Under the pieces are notes generated by a model. It made no database searches and had not been told where the DNA came from. It saw nothing but the letters and a program-made list of their open reading frames with translations. The translations under genes were made by a program, and so were the position numbers. 64,000 nucleotides of DNA from an uncultured delta proteobacterium (GTDB taxonomy: Bacteria; Desulfobacterota; Binatia; DP-6), in contig CAWFFN010000012.1 in assembly GCA_963815115.1 (NCBI GenBank), positions 480,001 to 544,000 of the forward strand. The letters run 5' to 3'. Position 1 is the stretch's first letter. The number at the start of each line of letters is the position of its first letter. Positions 41,801 through 51,220 of this stretch are shown here, piece after piece.

Positions 41801-44800
41801 ATGGGCGTCCAGCTGGCCGACCAGGCGAATCGCGACCGTATCCGCTACGACCTGACGACCACTCTCGTGGTCGAGGCGGCAGCCGGAACCGGGAAGACCA
41901 CGGCGCTGGTGAACCGCATGGTCGAGGCGCTGGCGAGCGGGAGAGCGCGTCTCGACGAGATGGTCGCGGTCACGTTCACCGAGGCGGCGGCCGGAGAGCT
42001 GAAGCTCCGGCTGCGCGCCGCGATCGAGCACGACCGCCACGACGACAAGCGGTCGGTCGAGGAGCGCGGGCGGCTGAGCAGCGCGCTGCCCCAGCTCGAG
42101 GTCGCCCGGATCGGCACCATCCACGCGTTCTGTGCCGAGCTGCTCCGCGAGCGGCCGGTGGAGGCGCGGGTCGACCCCCAGTTCCAGGTCGCGCCCGAGG
42201 ACGTCGCGCGGCGCCTGTTCGCGCGCGTCTTCGATCGCTGGTTCGAGCGCCAGCTCGCAGACCCCGGGCCTGGCGTGCGACGAGCACTGCGCCAGCAGGT
42301 GCGCGGGCGGCGATCGGAAGACGGGCCCCGGGCGCGCCTTCGCCGCGCCGGCTGGGAGCTGGTGCAATGGCGCGATTTCCCGGCGCGATGGCGCCGGGAC
42401 CCGTTCGACCGCGACGCGGCCATCGACGCGCTGATGGAGACGCTCGCGGGGATCGGTCCGGCGCCGGCGATGGCCGACTACATCGACTACAGCGACCGCT
42501 CCGTACACGACATCGATCGTTTTCTCGCCGACGTCGCTCGCCGCGAGCAGCTCGCGGGCCGGGATCACGACGGCCTCGAGGCGGAGCTCCGCGACCTGGC
42601 CCGGGAACGGCACTGGCGATGGACGGGCTCCAGGTACGACCGCGATCCCGACCGTGCGGCACGGCGTGCGCGCCGCGCAGCCGCCAAGCAGCAGCTCGAC
42701 GACTTCGTGCGGCGCTCGGGGGCCGACCTGGCTCCTCTCCTGCGCGACGATCTGTGGCCGCTGGTGGACGACTACGAGCGTCTGAAGGCCCGGGCCGGCT
42801 GCCTCGATTTCGTCGATCTGCTGTTGCGCGCACGTGACCTGGTGCGCGACGACGCGGGCGTGCGCCAGGGCCTGCAGGCGCGCTGGACGCACATCTTCAT
42901 CGACGAGTTCCAGGACACCGATCCGCTGCAGGCGGAGCTGCTCCTGCTTCTCGCGGCCGCCGATCCCGCCGAGCGCGACTGGCGGTGCGTGCGTCCCGTG
43001 TCCGGGAAGCTCTTCCTGGTGGGCGACCCCAAGCAGTCGATCTATCGGTTCCGGCGCGCCGACGTCGCGCTGTACGAGGGCGTGAAGCGCCAGCTGGCCG
43101 GCGGCGGCGCCGCGGTCGTGCATCTGACGGCGAGCTTCCGCTCGGTGCCGGCCATCCAGGAGGCGGTGAACGCCGCGTTCGCTCCCGCCATGGCGGCCAG
43201 CACGTCGGGCACGCAGGCGGCCTACGTGCCCCTCGCGCCGTTCCGGGAGGCGCTGCCCGACCAGCCCGCGGTGATCGCGCTGCCCGTGCCGCAGCCCTTC
43301 GCGCCCTATGGCCGGATCACCGACTACCAGATCGAGCGCTCGCTGCCTGACGCCGTCGCCGGCTTCGTGGAGTGGCTGGTCACCAGCAGTGGATGGCGGG
43401 TGACCGAGTACGGCCGCGCGGACACGCGGGTCGCGCTCGAGAGCCGCCACGTGTGTCTGCTCTTCCGCCGGATGCGGTCGTGGAACCAGGACGTCACCAG
43501 GCGGTACGTGCGTGCCCTCGAGGCCCGCAATTTGCGGCACGTGCTGATCGGCGGCAGCTCGTTCCACGCTCGCGAGGAGGTGGAGGCCCTGCGCAACGCG
43601 CTCCTCGCCATCGAGCGGCCCGAGGACGAGCTGTCGCTGTTCGCGACGCTGCGCGGCCCGTTCCTCGCCTTCGACGACGGAACGCTGCTGGCCTGGCGCG
43701 AGCGCTATCGCTCCCTGCATCCGTTTCGTGCCCTTCCCGAGGAGCCTCCGCCACAGCTTGCGCCGGTCGCCGATGCGCTCGCCGTGCTCCGCGACCTGCA
43801 CCGAAACCGCAATCACCGGCCCTTCGCGGACACCATCGCGCGATTCCTCGCCACGGCGCGCGCGCACGCGGGCCTCGCCATCTGGCCGACGGGCGAGCAG
43901 GCACTCGCCAACGTCGGTCGCCTGCTCGATCTCGCGCGCCGCGCCGAGCGTCAGGGCATCACGTCGTTCCGGGGGTTCGTCGAGCAGCTCGAGGCGGATG
44001 CCGACCGCGCCGAGGAGGGTGAAGCGCCGATCCTCGAGGACGGCACCGACGGCGTACGCATCATGACCGTCCATCGCGCGAAGGGGCTCGAGTTCCCGGT
44101 GGTGATCCTGGCCGATCCCACCGCCAACATCGCGCGCGCCGAGGCCGACCGTCACGTCGATCCCGACCGCCGGCTGTGCGCGCAGCGGCTGGTCGGCTCG
44201 GCGCCGCCGGAGCTGCTCGAGCACGAAGCGGAGCAGGTGGCCCGTGACGAGGAGGAGGGCGTGCGCACGCTCTACGTCGCGGCGACCCGGGCGCGTGACC
44301 TGCTGGTCGTGCCGGTGATGGCCGATGGACCCATCGAGGGCTGGGTCGCACCGCTCGCGCGCGCCGTCACTCCGCCGCGCGAGCGCGCACGCGCGCCCGT
44401 GTCGATCCGGCCGCCAGGTTGTCCCGAGCTGCGCGGCGAATGCGTCGCCGGGGTTCCGGCGGGCGCACGCCGCGACCCCAATCCGGTGCGCCCGGGCCTC
44501 CATCGCCCCGAGCTGGGCGCGCACGAGGTCGTCTGGTGGAGCCCGGACGAGCTGCGCCTGCAGGTCGACGAGGACGTCGGCCTGCGGCAGCTGAAGCTCC
44601 TCGCCGCCGACGAGCGCGGCGAGCGCTCGGAAACGGGCGTCCGGGCCCATGCCGCATGGCAGGAGGAGCGGGAGCGGGTGCGGGTGATCGCCGCGGAGCC
44701 GATGGTGCGCGTCGCCACGGCGACCGAGCACGCCGCGGCCTCGACCGGCGATGTCGACGTGCCGATCGAGGATGCGATGCTGCCCGGCATGCGCCCGCAC

Positions 44801-45229
44801 GGGCGCCGCTTCGGCATCCTGGTGCACGGCGTGCTGGCCGAGGTCGATCTGGGCGCCGATCGAGGCGCCGTGGGGGCGGTCACGGCGCTCGTGGGACGGC
44901 TGCTCGGGGCGACATCGGACGAGGTCGTGGCCGCCACCGACGCGGTGGTGCACGCGCTCGCCCATCCCCTGCTCCGGCGCGCCGCCGCCGCGACGTCATG
45001 CCGGCGCGAGGCGGCCGTGCTCTTGAGGCTCGCCGACGGCACGCTCGTCGAGGGAGTCGCGGACGCCGCCTTCCTCGAGGCCGACGGCTCCTGGACGGTG
45101 ATCGACTTCAAGACGGATCGTGAGCTCGGAGCGCGCCTGGCCGACTACCGGCGTCAGGTTGCGCTCTATGCCGAGGCCGTCGCGCGTGCGACCGGCCTGC
45201 CGGCCCGTGCGGTGCTCCTGCGCGTCTGA
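41801..45229 (+). CDS. addA: AddA-like UvrD helicase-nuclease
   Basis: AAAGTGKT, VTFTEAAA, IGTIHAFC, DEFQDT, VGDPKQSIYRFR, TVHRAKGLEF, YVAATRA; C-terminal EGVAD..IDFKT..QVALY. Confidence 0.88.
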   Translation: MGVQLADQANRDRIRYDLTTTLVVEAAAGTGKTTALVNRMVEALASGRARLDEMVAVTFTEAAAGELKLRLRAAIEHDRHDDKRSVEERGRLSSALPQLEVARIGTIHAFCAELLRERPVEARVDPQFQVAPEDVARRLFARVFDRWFERQLADPGPGVRRALRQQVRGRRSEDGPRARLRRAGWELVQWRDFPARWRRDPFDRDAAIDALMETLAGIGPAPAMADYIDYSDRSVHDIDRFLADVARREQLAGRDHDGLEAELRDLARERHWRWTGSRYDRDPDRAARRARRAAAKQQLDDFVRRSGADLAPLLRDDLWPLVDDYERLKARAGCLDFVDLLLRARDLVRDDAGVRQGLQARWTHIFIDEFQDTDPLQAELLLLLAAADPAERDWRCVRPVSGKLFLVGDPKQSIYRFRRADVALYEGVKRQLAGGGAAVVHLTASFRSVPAIQEAVNAAFAPAMAASTSGTQAAYVPLAPFREALPDQPAVIALPVPQPFAPYGRITDYQIERSLPDAVAGFVEWLVTSSGWRVTEYGRADTRVALESRHVCLLFRRMRSWNQDVTRRYVRALEARNLRHVLIGGSSFHAREEVEALRNALLAIERPEDELSLFATLRGPFLAFDDGTLLAWRERYRSLHPFRALPEEPPPQLAPVADALAVLRDLHRNRNHRPFADTIARFLATARAHAGLAIWPTGEQALANVGRLLDLARRAERQGITSFRGFVEQLEADADRAEEGEAPILEDGTDGVRIMTVHRAKGLEFPVVILADPTANIARAEADRHVDPDRRLCAQRLVGSAPPELLEHEAEQVARDEEEGVRTLYVAATRARDLLVVPVMADGPIEGWVAPLARAVTPPRERARAPVSIRPPGCPELRGECVAGVPAGARRDPNPVRPGLHRPELGAHEVVWWSPDELRLQVDEDVGLRQLKLLAADERGERSETGVRAHAAWQEERERVRVIAAEPMVRVATATEHAAASTGDVDVPIEDAMLPGMRPHGRRFGILVHGVLAEVDLGADRGAVGAVTALVGRLLGATSDEVVAATDAVVHALAHPLLRRAAAATSCRREAAVLLRLADGTLVEGVADAAFLEADGSWTVIDFKTDRELGARLADYRRQVALYAEAVARATGLPARAVLLRV

Positions 45230-45292
45230 GCGCTCGGTTCCTTGACCCAGCCGCGAGCGCCTGGCAGCAGGACCGACGAGGGAGGACTCGTC

Positions 45293-45895
45293 ATGCTGAA
45301 GCTGTACGGAGTGCCCGGCTCGCGCGCGATGCGCTCGCTCTGGATGCTGGAGGAGCTCGGAGTCCCCTACGAGAACGTGAAGGTGGACTTCATCACCGGC
45401 ACGAAAACGCCGGAGTTCAAGAAGATCAACCCGAACGCACACATCCCCGCGCTGCAGGACGGCGACCTGGTGCTGTGGGAGTCACTCGCCATCAACCTCT
45501 ACCTCGCCCGCAAGCACGACAAGGGCCTGTGGCCGAAGACCGTCGAGGACGAGGGACGTGCATACCAGTGGAGCATCTGGGCGATGACCGAGCTCGAGGA
45601 GCCGGTGCTGACGGCGCTGCTCAACCGGGTCTTCTTTCCTGCCGAGCAGCGCGACGCGAAGAAGGCCGACGACGCGGCCGCACGTTTCACCAAGCCGCTG
45701 GGTGTCCTCGACGCCGCGCTGCACGGTCGGGACTACCTTCTCGGCTCGCAGTTCACGGTGGCGGACCTGAATGTCGCGAGCGTCATGGGGTGGGCACCGA
45801 TGGCCAAGCTCGACCTCTCTGCCGCGTCCAACGCGGCAGCGTGGCTCGCACGGTGCAGCAGCCGTCCGGCCCTCGCCCGAGCGCAGGGTCGCTGA
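45293..45895 (+). CDS. Glutathione S-transferase
   Basis: SRAMRSLWMLEELG, INPNAHIPAL, ESLAINLYL, FTVADL; GGAGG RBS. Confidence 0.93.
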   Translation: MLKLYGVPGSRAMRSLWMLEELGVPYENVKVDFITGTKTPEFKKINPNAHIPALQDGDLVLWESLAINLYLARKHDKGLWPKTVEDEGRAYQWSIWAMTELEEPVLTALLNRVFFPAEQRDAKKADDAAARFTKPLGVLDAALHGRDYLLGSQFTVADLNVASVMGWAPMAKLDLSAASNAAAWLARCSSRPALARAQGR

Positions 45896-45970
45896 CCGGT
45901 AGGCCTGGGTCCGGGGGGCGACTTGCCAGGAAGCCCCTCCTCGGCGAAGCTCGCCGGAGCGGAGGGTCCG

Positions 45971-46255
45971 ATGGCGAAGGCAATCTGGAACGGTGCCGTG
46001 CTCGCGGAGAGCCCGCGCACCGAGGTGGTCGAGGGCAACCACTACTTTCCTCCGGACGCGGTGCGACGGGAGCATCTGCGCGACAGCGCGACGCACACGA
46101 CGTGTCCCTGGAAGGGAGTGGCCAGCTACTACGACGTGGTGGTCGACGGGCAGACGAATCGGGACGCGGCCTGGTACTATCCGGCCCCGAAGGAAGCGGC
46201 GAGCCAGATCAAGGACCACGTCGCGTTCTGGCACGGCGTACGCGTCGAGCCGTAA
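45971..46255 (+). CDS. DUF427 domain protein
   Basis: VEGNHYFPP, CPWKGVASYY, AAWYYP. Confidence 0.9.
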   Translation: MAKAIWNGAVLAESPRTEVVEGNHYFPPDAVRREHLRDSATHTTCPWKGVASYYDVVVDGQTNRDAAWYYPAPKEAASQIKDHVAFWHGVRVEP

Positions 46256-46273
46256 CGGAGGGAGACACCGGCC

Positions 46274-46783
46274 ATGGGCTTGCTGGACAGCTTGTTCGGA
46301 GGCGGGACGGGCGGCGTGGGCGTGGGCGATCAGGCGCCCGACTTCTCGCTGCCCGATCGTACGGGGAAGACGGTGCGGCTGAGCGAGTTCCACGGCCGCA
46401 AGGCGGTCGTTCTCTACTTCTATCCCAAGGACGACACGCCGGGCTGCACGAAAGAATCATGCGCGTTTCGCGACAGTTACGAGGCTTTCCAGGAAGCAGG
46501 GGCGGAGGTCATCGGTGTCAGCTCGGACACCGCCGAGTCGCACGGGCGCTTCGCGGCCAAGCATCGCCTGCCTTTCACCCTGCTGTCGGATCGGGGTGGG
46601 GAAGTCCGCCGGCGCTATGGCGTTCCGGCGACGCTCGGGTTGCTGGCCGGCCGGGTGACTTACGTCATCGACCGCGAGGGGACGGTACGCCACGTCTTCA
46701 ACTCGCAGTTCCAGCCCTCCCAGCACATCGCCGAGGCGCTGGAGGCGTTGCGCCGCCTCGAACGCCCCGCCGCCGCGCAGTAG
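46274..46783 (+). CDS. bcp: Peroxiredoxin, BCP/PrxQ type
   Basis: [27 protein letters not shown]. Confidence 0.92.
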   Translation: MGLLDSLFGGGTGGVGVGDQAPDFSLPDRTGKTVRLSEFHGRKAVVLYFYPKDDTPGCTKESCAFRDSYEAFQEAGAEVIGVSSDTAESHGRFAAKHRLPFTLLSDRGGEVRRRYGVPATLGLLAGRVTYVIDREGTVRHVFNSQFQPSQHIAEALEALRRLERPAAAQ

Positions 46784-46811
46784 CCTCGAGGCCCGACGGC
46801 GCGACCGCCGG

Positions 46812-47216
46812 TCAGCCCACCGCCGCGCGGCGCGGGAGCTCGAGAGGCTCGTCGAGAGAGGCGACCTGCGGTCGCGGAAGCCGAGGGATGCGCTCGTTCC
46901 GACGATCGCGCAGGGTCTGCCTGACGGCAGTGGGCTCCAGGCCGAGCATCTCGCAGATTCGCAGGAACGAGAACGTCCAGCTCCGGTCGTTGCTGCGCAG
47001 CCAGCGTTCCGTCTCTCGCAGGATCTGCCGAGCCTTTGATGCCTGCGGTGGAGGTTTCGAATAGATGGCCACGGCATCTTCGAGGATCGCGGCCATCAGG
47101 CGCTGCTCCCCACCCCAGTCCCTCTCCCGACGCGAGAAGAACTGGACTGGCAGGACCGTGTGTGGTTCGAGCCGGTGGCCGAAGCGGTCCTCCGTCTGGC
47201 CTGAGAGTCCCTGCAT
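46812..47216 (-). CDS. Conserved-looking hypothetical helical protein
   Basis: GGGGAGG RBS; LPVQFF..GEQRLMAAILEDAV..W..SND..WTFSF..ICEMLGLEP. Confidence 0.7.
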   Translation of the reverse strand: MQGLSGQTEDRFGHRLEPHTVLPVQFFSRRERDWGGEQRLMAAILEDAVAIYSKPPPQASKARQILRETERWLRSNDRSWTFSFLRICEMLGLEPTAVRQTLRDRRNERIPRLPRPQVASLDEPLELPRRAAVG

Positions 47217-47420
47217 ACGTACCTCCCCTGCGCGTGCCTGCAGCCCCCATGCCAGCCGGTGACTGACCAGAAGCGACATCCGGCGAGGACTTTTCCGACC
47301 GGTTCCCGGACCGTTCGGCACCCGATTCTACAACCGGGAGCTCCCTCGCTCATCCCACTCCCTATCTGACAATCAAGGCTCCCCGGAACCTCGCGCAGCC
47401 GGGAGCGTCGGCGCGCACCG

Positions 47421-47597
47421 TCAGGGAAGCGATCGCGGACCGCCCAGCCCCCGGCTGAGAAGCCCGATGGCAAGGACGACGACGCCCAGCACCGCCAGGA
47501 TCCAGCCGATGTGTGCCGACATCCCGGCGACGCCGCCGAACCCGAGGAGTGCGGCGACGAGCGCGATGATGAAGAATGTGATGGCCCAGCTCAGCAT
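47421..47597 (-). CDS. DUF1328 (YtjA-like) small membrane protein, 58 aa; absent from the ORF track
   Basis: MLSWAITFFIIALVAALLGFGGVAGMSAHIGWILAVLGVVVLAIGLL; GGGAG RBS. Confidence 0.9.
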   Translation of the reverse strand: MLSWAITFFIIALVAALLGFGGVAGMSAHIGWILAVLGVVVLAIGLLSRGLGGPRSLP

Positions 47598-47644
47598 GTT
47601 CGTTTTCTCCCCGGTTGGTGGATTGCGACCTTTGGGCAGGATCG

Positions 47645-47660
47645 AGCAACGCGCGTGCCA
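47645..47660 (-). promoter_or_regulatory. Sigma54 -24/-12 promoter
   Basis: Minus strand TGGCACGCGCGTTGCT is an exact match to TGGCACG-N4-TTGC(A/T), 47 bp upstream of the DUF1328 gene. Confidence 0.8.
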
Positions 47661-47685
47661 CGGACGCGACGTGTGGCCGCGCGCG

Positions 47686-49953
47686 CTAGACGGCGGGAGA
47701 CAGGCCGAGGAGCGTACCCAGGCGGGCGATCAGCAACCCAGGCTCGAAGGGCTTCGCGATGAAGTCGTCGAACCCGAGATGCATGCAACGATCGCGGCTC
47801 TCGGGATCCGCGAAGCCAGTCATTGCCACCGCGGTCAGACGGCTGCCAGGCCGCGCCCGCACGATGCTGATGAGTTCGTAGCCGTCCGCGTGCGGCATGC
47901 CGATGTCGCTGACGAGCACCTGAGGACGCACCGAGTCGAGCAGCGGGAGGGCATCTGCCACCGAGCCCGCGGTGGTCACCCGCGCGCCGGCCTGCCCCAG
48001 CCGGAGCGCGACCGCCTCTCGCCAGTCGGCGTCGTCCTCCACCAGGAGGACCGAGACACCACGCAGATCGACCGCCGGCTCGTGGCCGGATGGTGGCGCA
48101 GTGCGCGGAACCTCCAGGCCGTCCCCTAGCGGGATGCGAATCGTGAAGGTTGCGCCCCTGCCGGGCCCTTTGCTGTCGGCCGCGACCGAACCCCGGTGGG
48201 CCTCGACGAGATGCCGCACGATGGCGAGGCCGAGCCCGAGGCCTCCGTGCTGGCGCGTCCGTGGATTCCGGGACTGCTGGAAGCGATCGAAGATCGCCGT
48301 CCGTAGCTCCGGGGGGAAGCCCTCCCCCGTGTCGGCCACCGTCAGCCGGGCCTCGCCATCCGTTGGCTCGAGCAGCACCCTGACGTGGCCGCCGGACGGC
48401 GTGAACTTGATCGCGTTGTCGACCAGGTTGCGAACCACCTGCTCGAGGCGGGCCTCGTCGCCGAGCACGACCAGGGGCCGGCCGGAGAGCTGGACGTCGA
48501 GGGTGACGCCCTTGGCGTCGGCGGCGGGCCGCAGCGCCTCGAGCGTTTCGCGAAGCTCGGCGGCGAGATCGACCGGAGCGACCTCGAGAGCGAGCTTCCC
48601 GGAGACGATGCGCGAGACGTCGAGGAGGTCGTTGATGAGCTGGGTCTGTGTACGGACGCTGCGCTCGAGGACGCCGATCGCCCGTGCGCGTGTCGGTGCG
48701 TCGTCGCCCCGGCGCTGCAGGATACCGACCCACGCGAGCATCGCCGAGAGCGGCGAGCGCAGCTCGTGCGACAGGGTGGCGAGGAAAGCGTCCTTGGCCT
48801 CGTTGGCCCGCGCCGCCTCGGCGCGCGCCTCCTCGAGCCCTTTCGACGTGCGCTCGGCCGCGAGGCGTGCGGCGTCGGCCCACGCGACCCGCCGTCTGTT
48901 CGCCTCGATCGCCTCGCGCTCGGTCACGTCGCGGAACACCAGCACGACCCCCATCAGCTCGCCGCCCGCGTCCCGGATCGGTGCGCCGCTGTCGTCGATC
49001 GGGACCTCGCGACCGTCCCGGGCGAGCAGCACCGTGTGGTTGGCCAGGCCGACCACGACGCCCTCGCGCAGCACGCGCGCGGCCGGGCTCTCGACCGTAC
49101 GTCGGGTCTCCGCGTTGACGATCCGGAAGACCTCCGGAAGCTCCCGTCCCTGCGCATCCTGCCCGCGCCAGCCGGTCAGCGCCTCGGCGATCGGATTCAT
49201 GAACACGATCAGTCCCCGCGGATCGGTGGCGATGACGGCATCGCCGATGCTCCGCAGCGTCACGCGGAGGCGCTGCTCGCTGGTGCGGCGCCGGAACTCG
49301 GCCGCGCGCGCGCGGCGCAGCAGAACGGCGAGCACGGATGCGGCGACCGCCATCAGGAGCAGGGCGGTGAGGCTTTCGAGCAGGATCAGGCGGGTGGCTC
49401 GCGCCGCCAGGTCGTCGCGACGGTCGATCCGCTCGCGCAGCAGACCACGCTCCTCGCCGGCGGCCTCGTTGAGAGATTTGCGGATCTGGTCCATCACGTC
49501 CTTCCCCATGCCCCCCCGGATGGTGGCAAGAGCCCCGGCGGCATCGCCCGACTGGCGCTGCGTCACCACCAGCCGCATCTCCTCGAGCTTGGCGGCGAGG
49601 AGCGGAGCCAGGGCATCGAGACGCGCCTGCTGCGACGGGTTGTCGGCGGTCGATCGACGCAGGTCGTCGACGGCACGCGGCAGATCGGCGGTCCCCCGCT
49701 CGTAGGGCTGCAGGTAGGCCGAATCGCCGGTGAGGACATAGCCACGCTGTCCGCTCTCGGCCTCGGTGACTCGTTGCAGCACGGTGGCGATCTGCTCGAG
49801 AACCCGGACCGTGTGACGAGCCAGATCGCCAGCCTCGAACGTCCGACGCTGCTCCCGGAGAGACGCCAGCCCGATGGCGAGCAGCAACGCAACGGCTGCC
49901 CCGAGGGCGGCAGCGACTCTGGGATCGAGCCCCCAGCGGCTCTCGGATTTCAC
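47686..49953 (-). CDS. Hybrid sensor kinase (CHASE3-PAS-HisKA-HATPase-REC)
   Basis: AESGQRGYVLTGD..YLQPY, SIGDAVIATD, SHELRSPL, NAIKFT, GGLGLGL, SDIGMP. Confidence 0.94.
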   Translation of the reverse strand: MKSESRWGLDPRVAAALGAAVALLLAIGLASLREQRRTFEAGDLARHTVRVLEQIATVLQRVTEAESGQRGYVLTGDSAYLQPYERGTADLPRAVDDLRRSTADNPSQQARLDALAPLLAAKLEEMRLVVTQRQSGDAAGALATIRGGMGKDVMDQIRKSLNEAAGEERGLLRERIDRRDDLAARATRLILLESLTALLLMAVAASVLAVLLRRARAAEFRRRTSEQRLRVTLRSIGDAVIATDPRGLIVFMNPIAEALTGWRGQDAQGRELPEVFRIVNAETRRTVESPAARVLREGVVVGLANHTVLLARDGREVPIDDSGAPIRDAGGELMGVVLVFRDVTEREAIEANRRRVAWADAARLAAERTSKGLEEARAEAARANEAKDAFLATLSHELRSPLSAMLAWVGILQRRGDDAPTRARAIGVLERSVRTQTQLINDLLDVSRIVSGKLALEVAPVDLAAELRETLEALRPAADAKGVTLDVQLSGRPLVVLGDEARLEQVVRNLVDNAIKFTPSGGHVRVLLEPTDGEARLTVADTGEGFPPELRTAIFDRFQQSRNPRTRQHGGLGLGLAIVRHLVEAHRGSVAADSKGPGRGATFTIRIPLGDGLEVPRTAPPSGHEPAVDLRGVSVLLVEDDADWREAVALRLGQAGARVTTAGSVADALPLLDSVRPQVLVSDIGMPHADGYELISIVRARPGSRLTAVAMTGFADPESRDRCMHLGFDDFIAKPFEPGLLIARLGTLLGLSPAV

Positions 49954-50182
49954 GGGCGCCTGTGCGGGAGGTGGATGGGAAGTGCGATGGCGGCGACCGT
50001 GCCTCGCTGCCGGACGGGTGTCAACCTCCGAAGCGCGGTTTTGCTACCAGCCCTGGCAGTGCCATATGCGAGACGCTACACTCGCTGGAAACAGGCCGTC
50101 GGGTGAGGCAGCAGGGGGTGGGGTGAGCGCAGGCCGCATGAAGCGCGGTGATCCGGGGTCGCGAGGCGTCGAGGACCGTCGC

Positions 50183-51142
50183 ATGATGCGTTGGCTGCGA
50201 ACCGGGATCGTGCTGCTCGCGGTCTGCTCGCTCTTTGCCTGCGCCGCCCGCCCCCGGCCGCGCCCGCGGGCGCGGGTCGCGGCGCCCTCACGGTCCCTTC
50301 CCCCGAGCGGCGCGTTCGAGCCTGGCGATCGTGGCTGGGAGTACCTGAAGGCGAGGCTCGTCGCGGACGGCGTGCCCCGCGACCGGGTCGAGCGCGCCTT
50401 CGGCGATCCACGCATGAGGCCGTTCGACGGCCTTCCCATCTCCCCCTCGCGCAGCGGCGAGTCCCACTTCATGTACCGCAACTTTCTTCGCGAGGAAGGA
50501 ACGCAGCTCGCGCGGGAGTGCCGCACCGAGCACGCGGTGGCCTTCGAGAGCGCCGAGCGCCGCTTCGGCGTCCCGGCCAGCGTGTGCGCCGCGATCATCT
50601 CGGTCGAGACCCACTGCGGACGCAACACGGGCCGCAGCGTGATCCTCTACCGGCTCGCGCGGCTCGCCATGGCCAACGAACCCCAGAACCTCGAGCGCAG
50701 CCTGCGGAGTTGTGACGGTGACCCGGGCGACGAGCAGCGGGTACGGGCGCGGGCGCGCTACCTCGAGGACACGTTCTACCCGGAGGTCCGGGCGACGTTC
50801 GAGATCGCGCGACGCATGGACATCGATCCGCTCTCCATCAAGGGCTCGGGCTCGGGTGCCTTCGGCTATCCGCAGTTCTTGCCCACCAGCTACCTGCGGC
50901 ACGGCGTCGACGGGAATGGTGACGGGCGCGTGAGCCTCTACGATCCGGCGGACGCCGCCGCTTCGTGTGCCAACTACCTGGTCGGTCACGGCTGGCATCG
51001 CGGGATCACCTTCCAGGAGCAGCGCTCGGTGATCTGGACCTACAACCACTCCGATGCCTACATCGACACGGTGCTGACGCTCGCTCGTCGCATCGAGGAA
51101 CCGGACGCCGCCTCGCTCGACTCACCCGATACCGCGCGCTGA
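50183..51142 (+). CDS. Lytic murein transglycosylase, MltB family lipoprotein
   Basis: Lipobox LFAC; ISVETHCG, GAFGYPQFLPTSY, DGNGDG, YNHSDAY. Confidence 0.9.
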   Translation: MMRWLRTGIVLLAVCSLFACAARPRPRPRARVAAPSRSLPPSGAFEPGDRGWEYLKARLVADGVPRDRVERAFGDPRMRPFDGLPISPSRSGESHFMYRNFLREEGTQLARECRTEHAVAFESAERRFGVPASVCAAIISVETHCGRNTGRSVILYRLARLAMANEPQNLERSLRSCDGDPGDEQRVRARARYLEDTFYPEVRATFEIARRMDIDPLSIKGSGSGAFGYPQFLPTSYLRHGVDGNGDGRVSLYDPADAAASCANYLVGHGWHRGITFQEQRSVIWTYNHSDAYIDTVLTLARRIEEPDAASLDSPDTAR

Positions 51143-51220
51143 TCGCCGGGGATCTCCCCGGCGAAGATTCGAAGGGCCCGCGCGTGCCGCCCGCAGCTCC
51201 CGGTGTGCTACGTAGAAGAG

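Noticed and set aside
41285-44965. Very long antisense or alternate-frame ORFs (for example 41285..44965 minus, 11752..14562 plus, 17114..19732 minus, 51122..53482 minus)
   Set aside because: They overlap genes with clear family motifs and have Arg/Ala/Pro-rich, motif-free translations. They are expected shadow ORFs in high-GC DNA.
37550-45229. Helicase plus Cas4-like nuclease as an anti-phage defence or CRISPR adaptation module
   Set aside because: Sizes, order and motifs fit housekeeping AddAB, and no cas genes or array are nearby.
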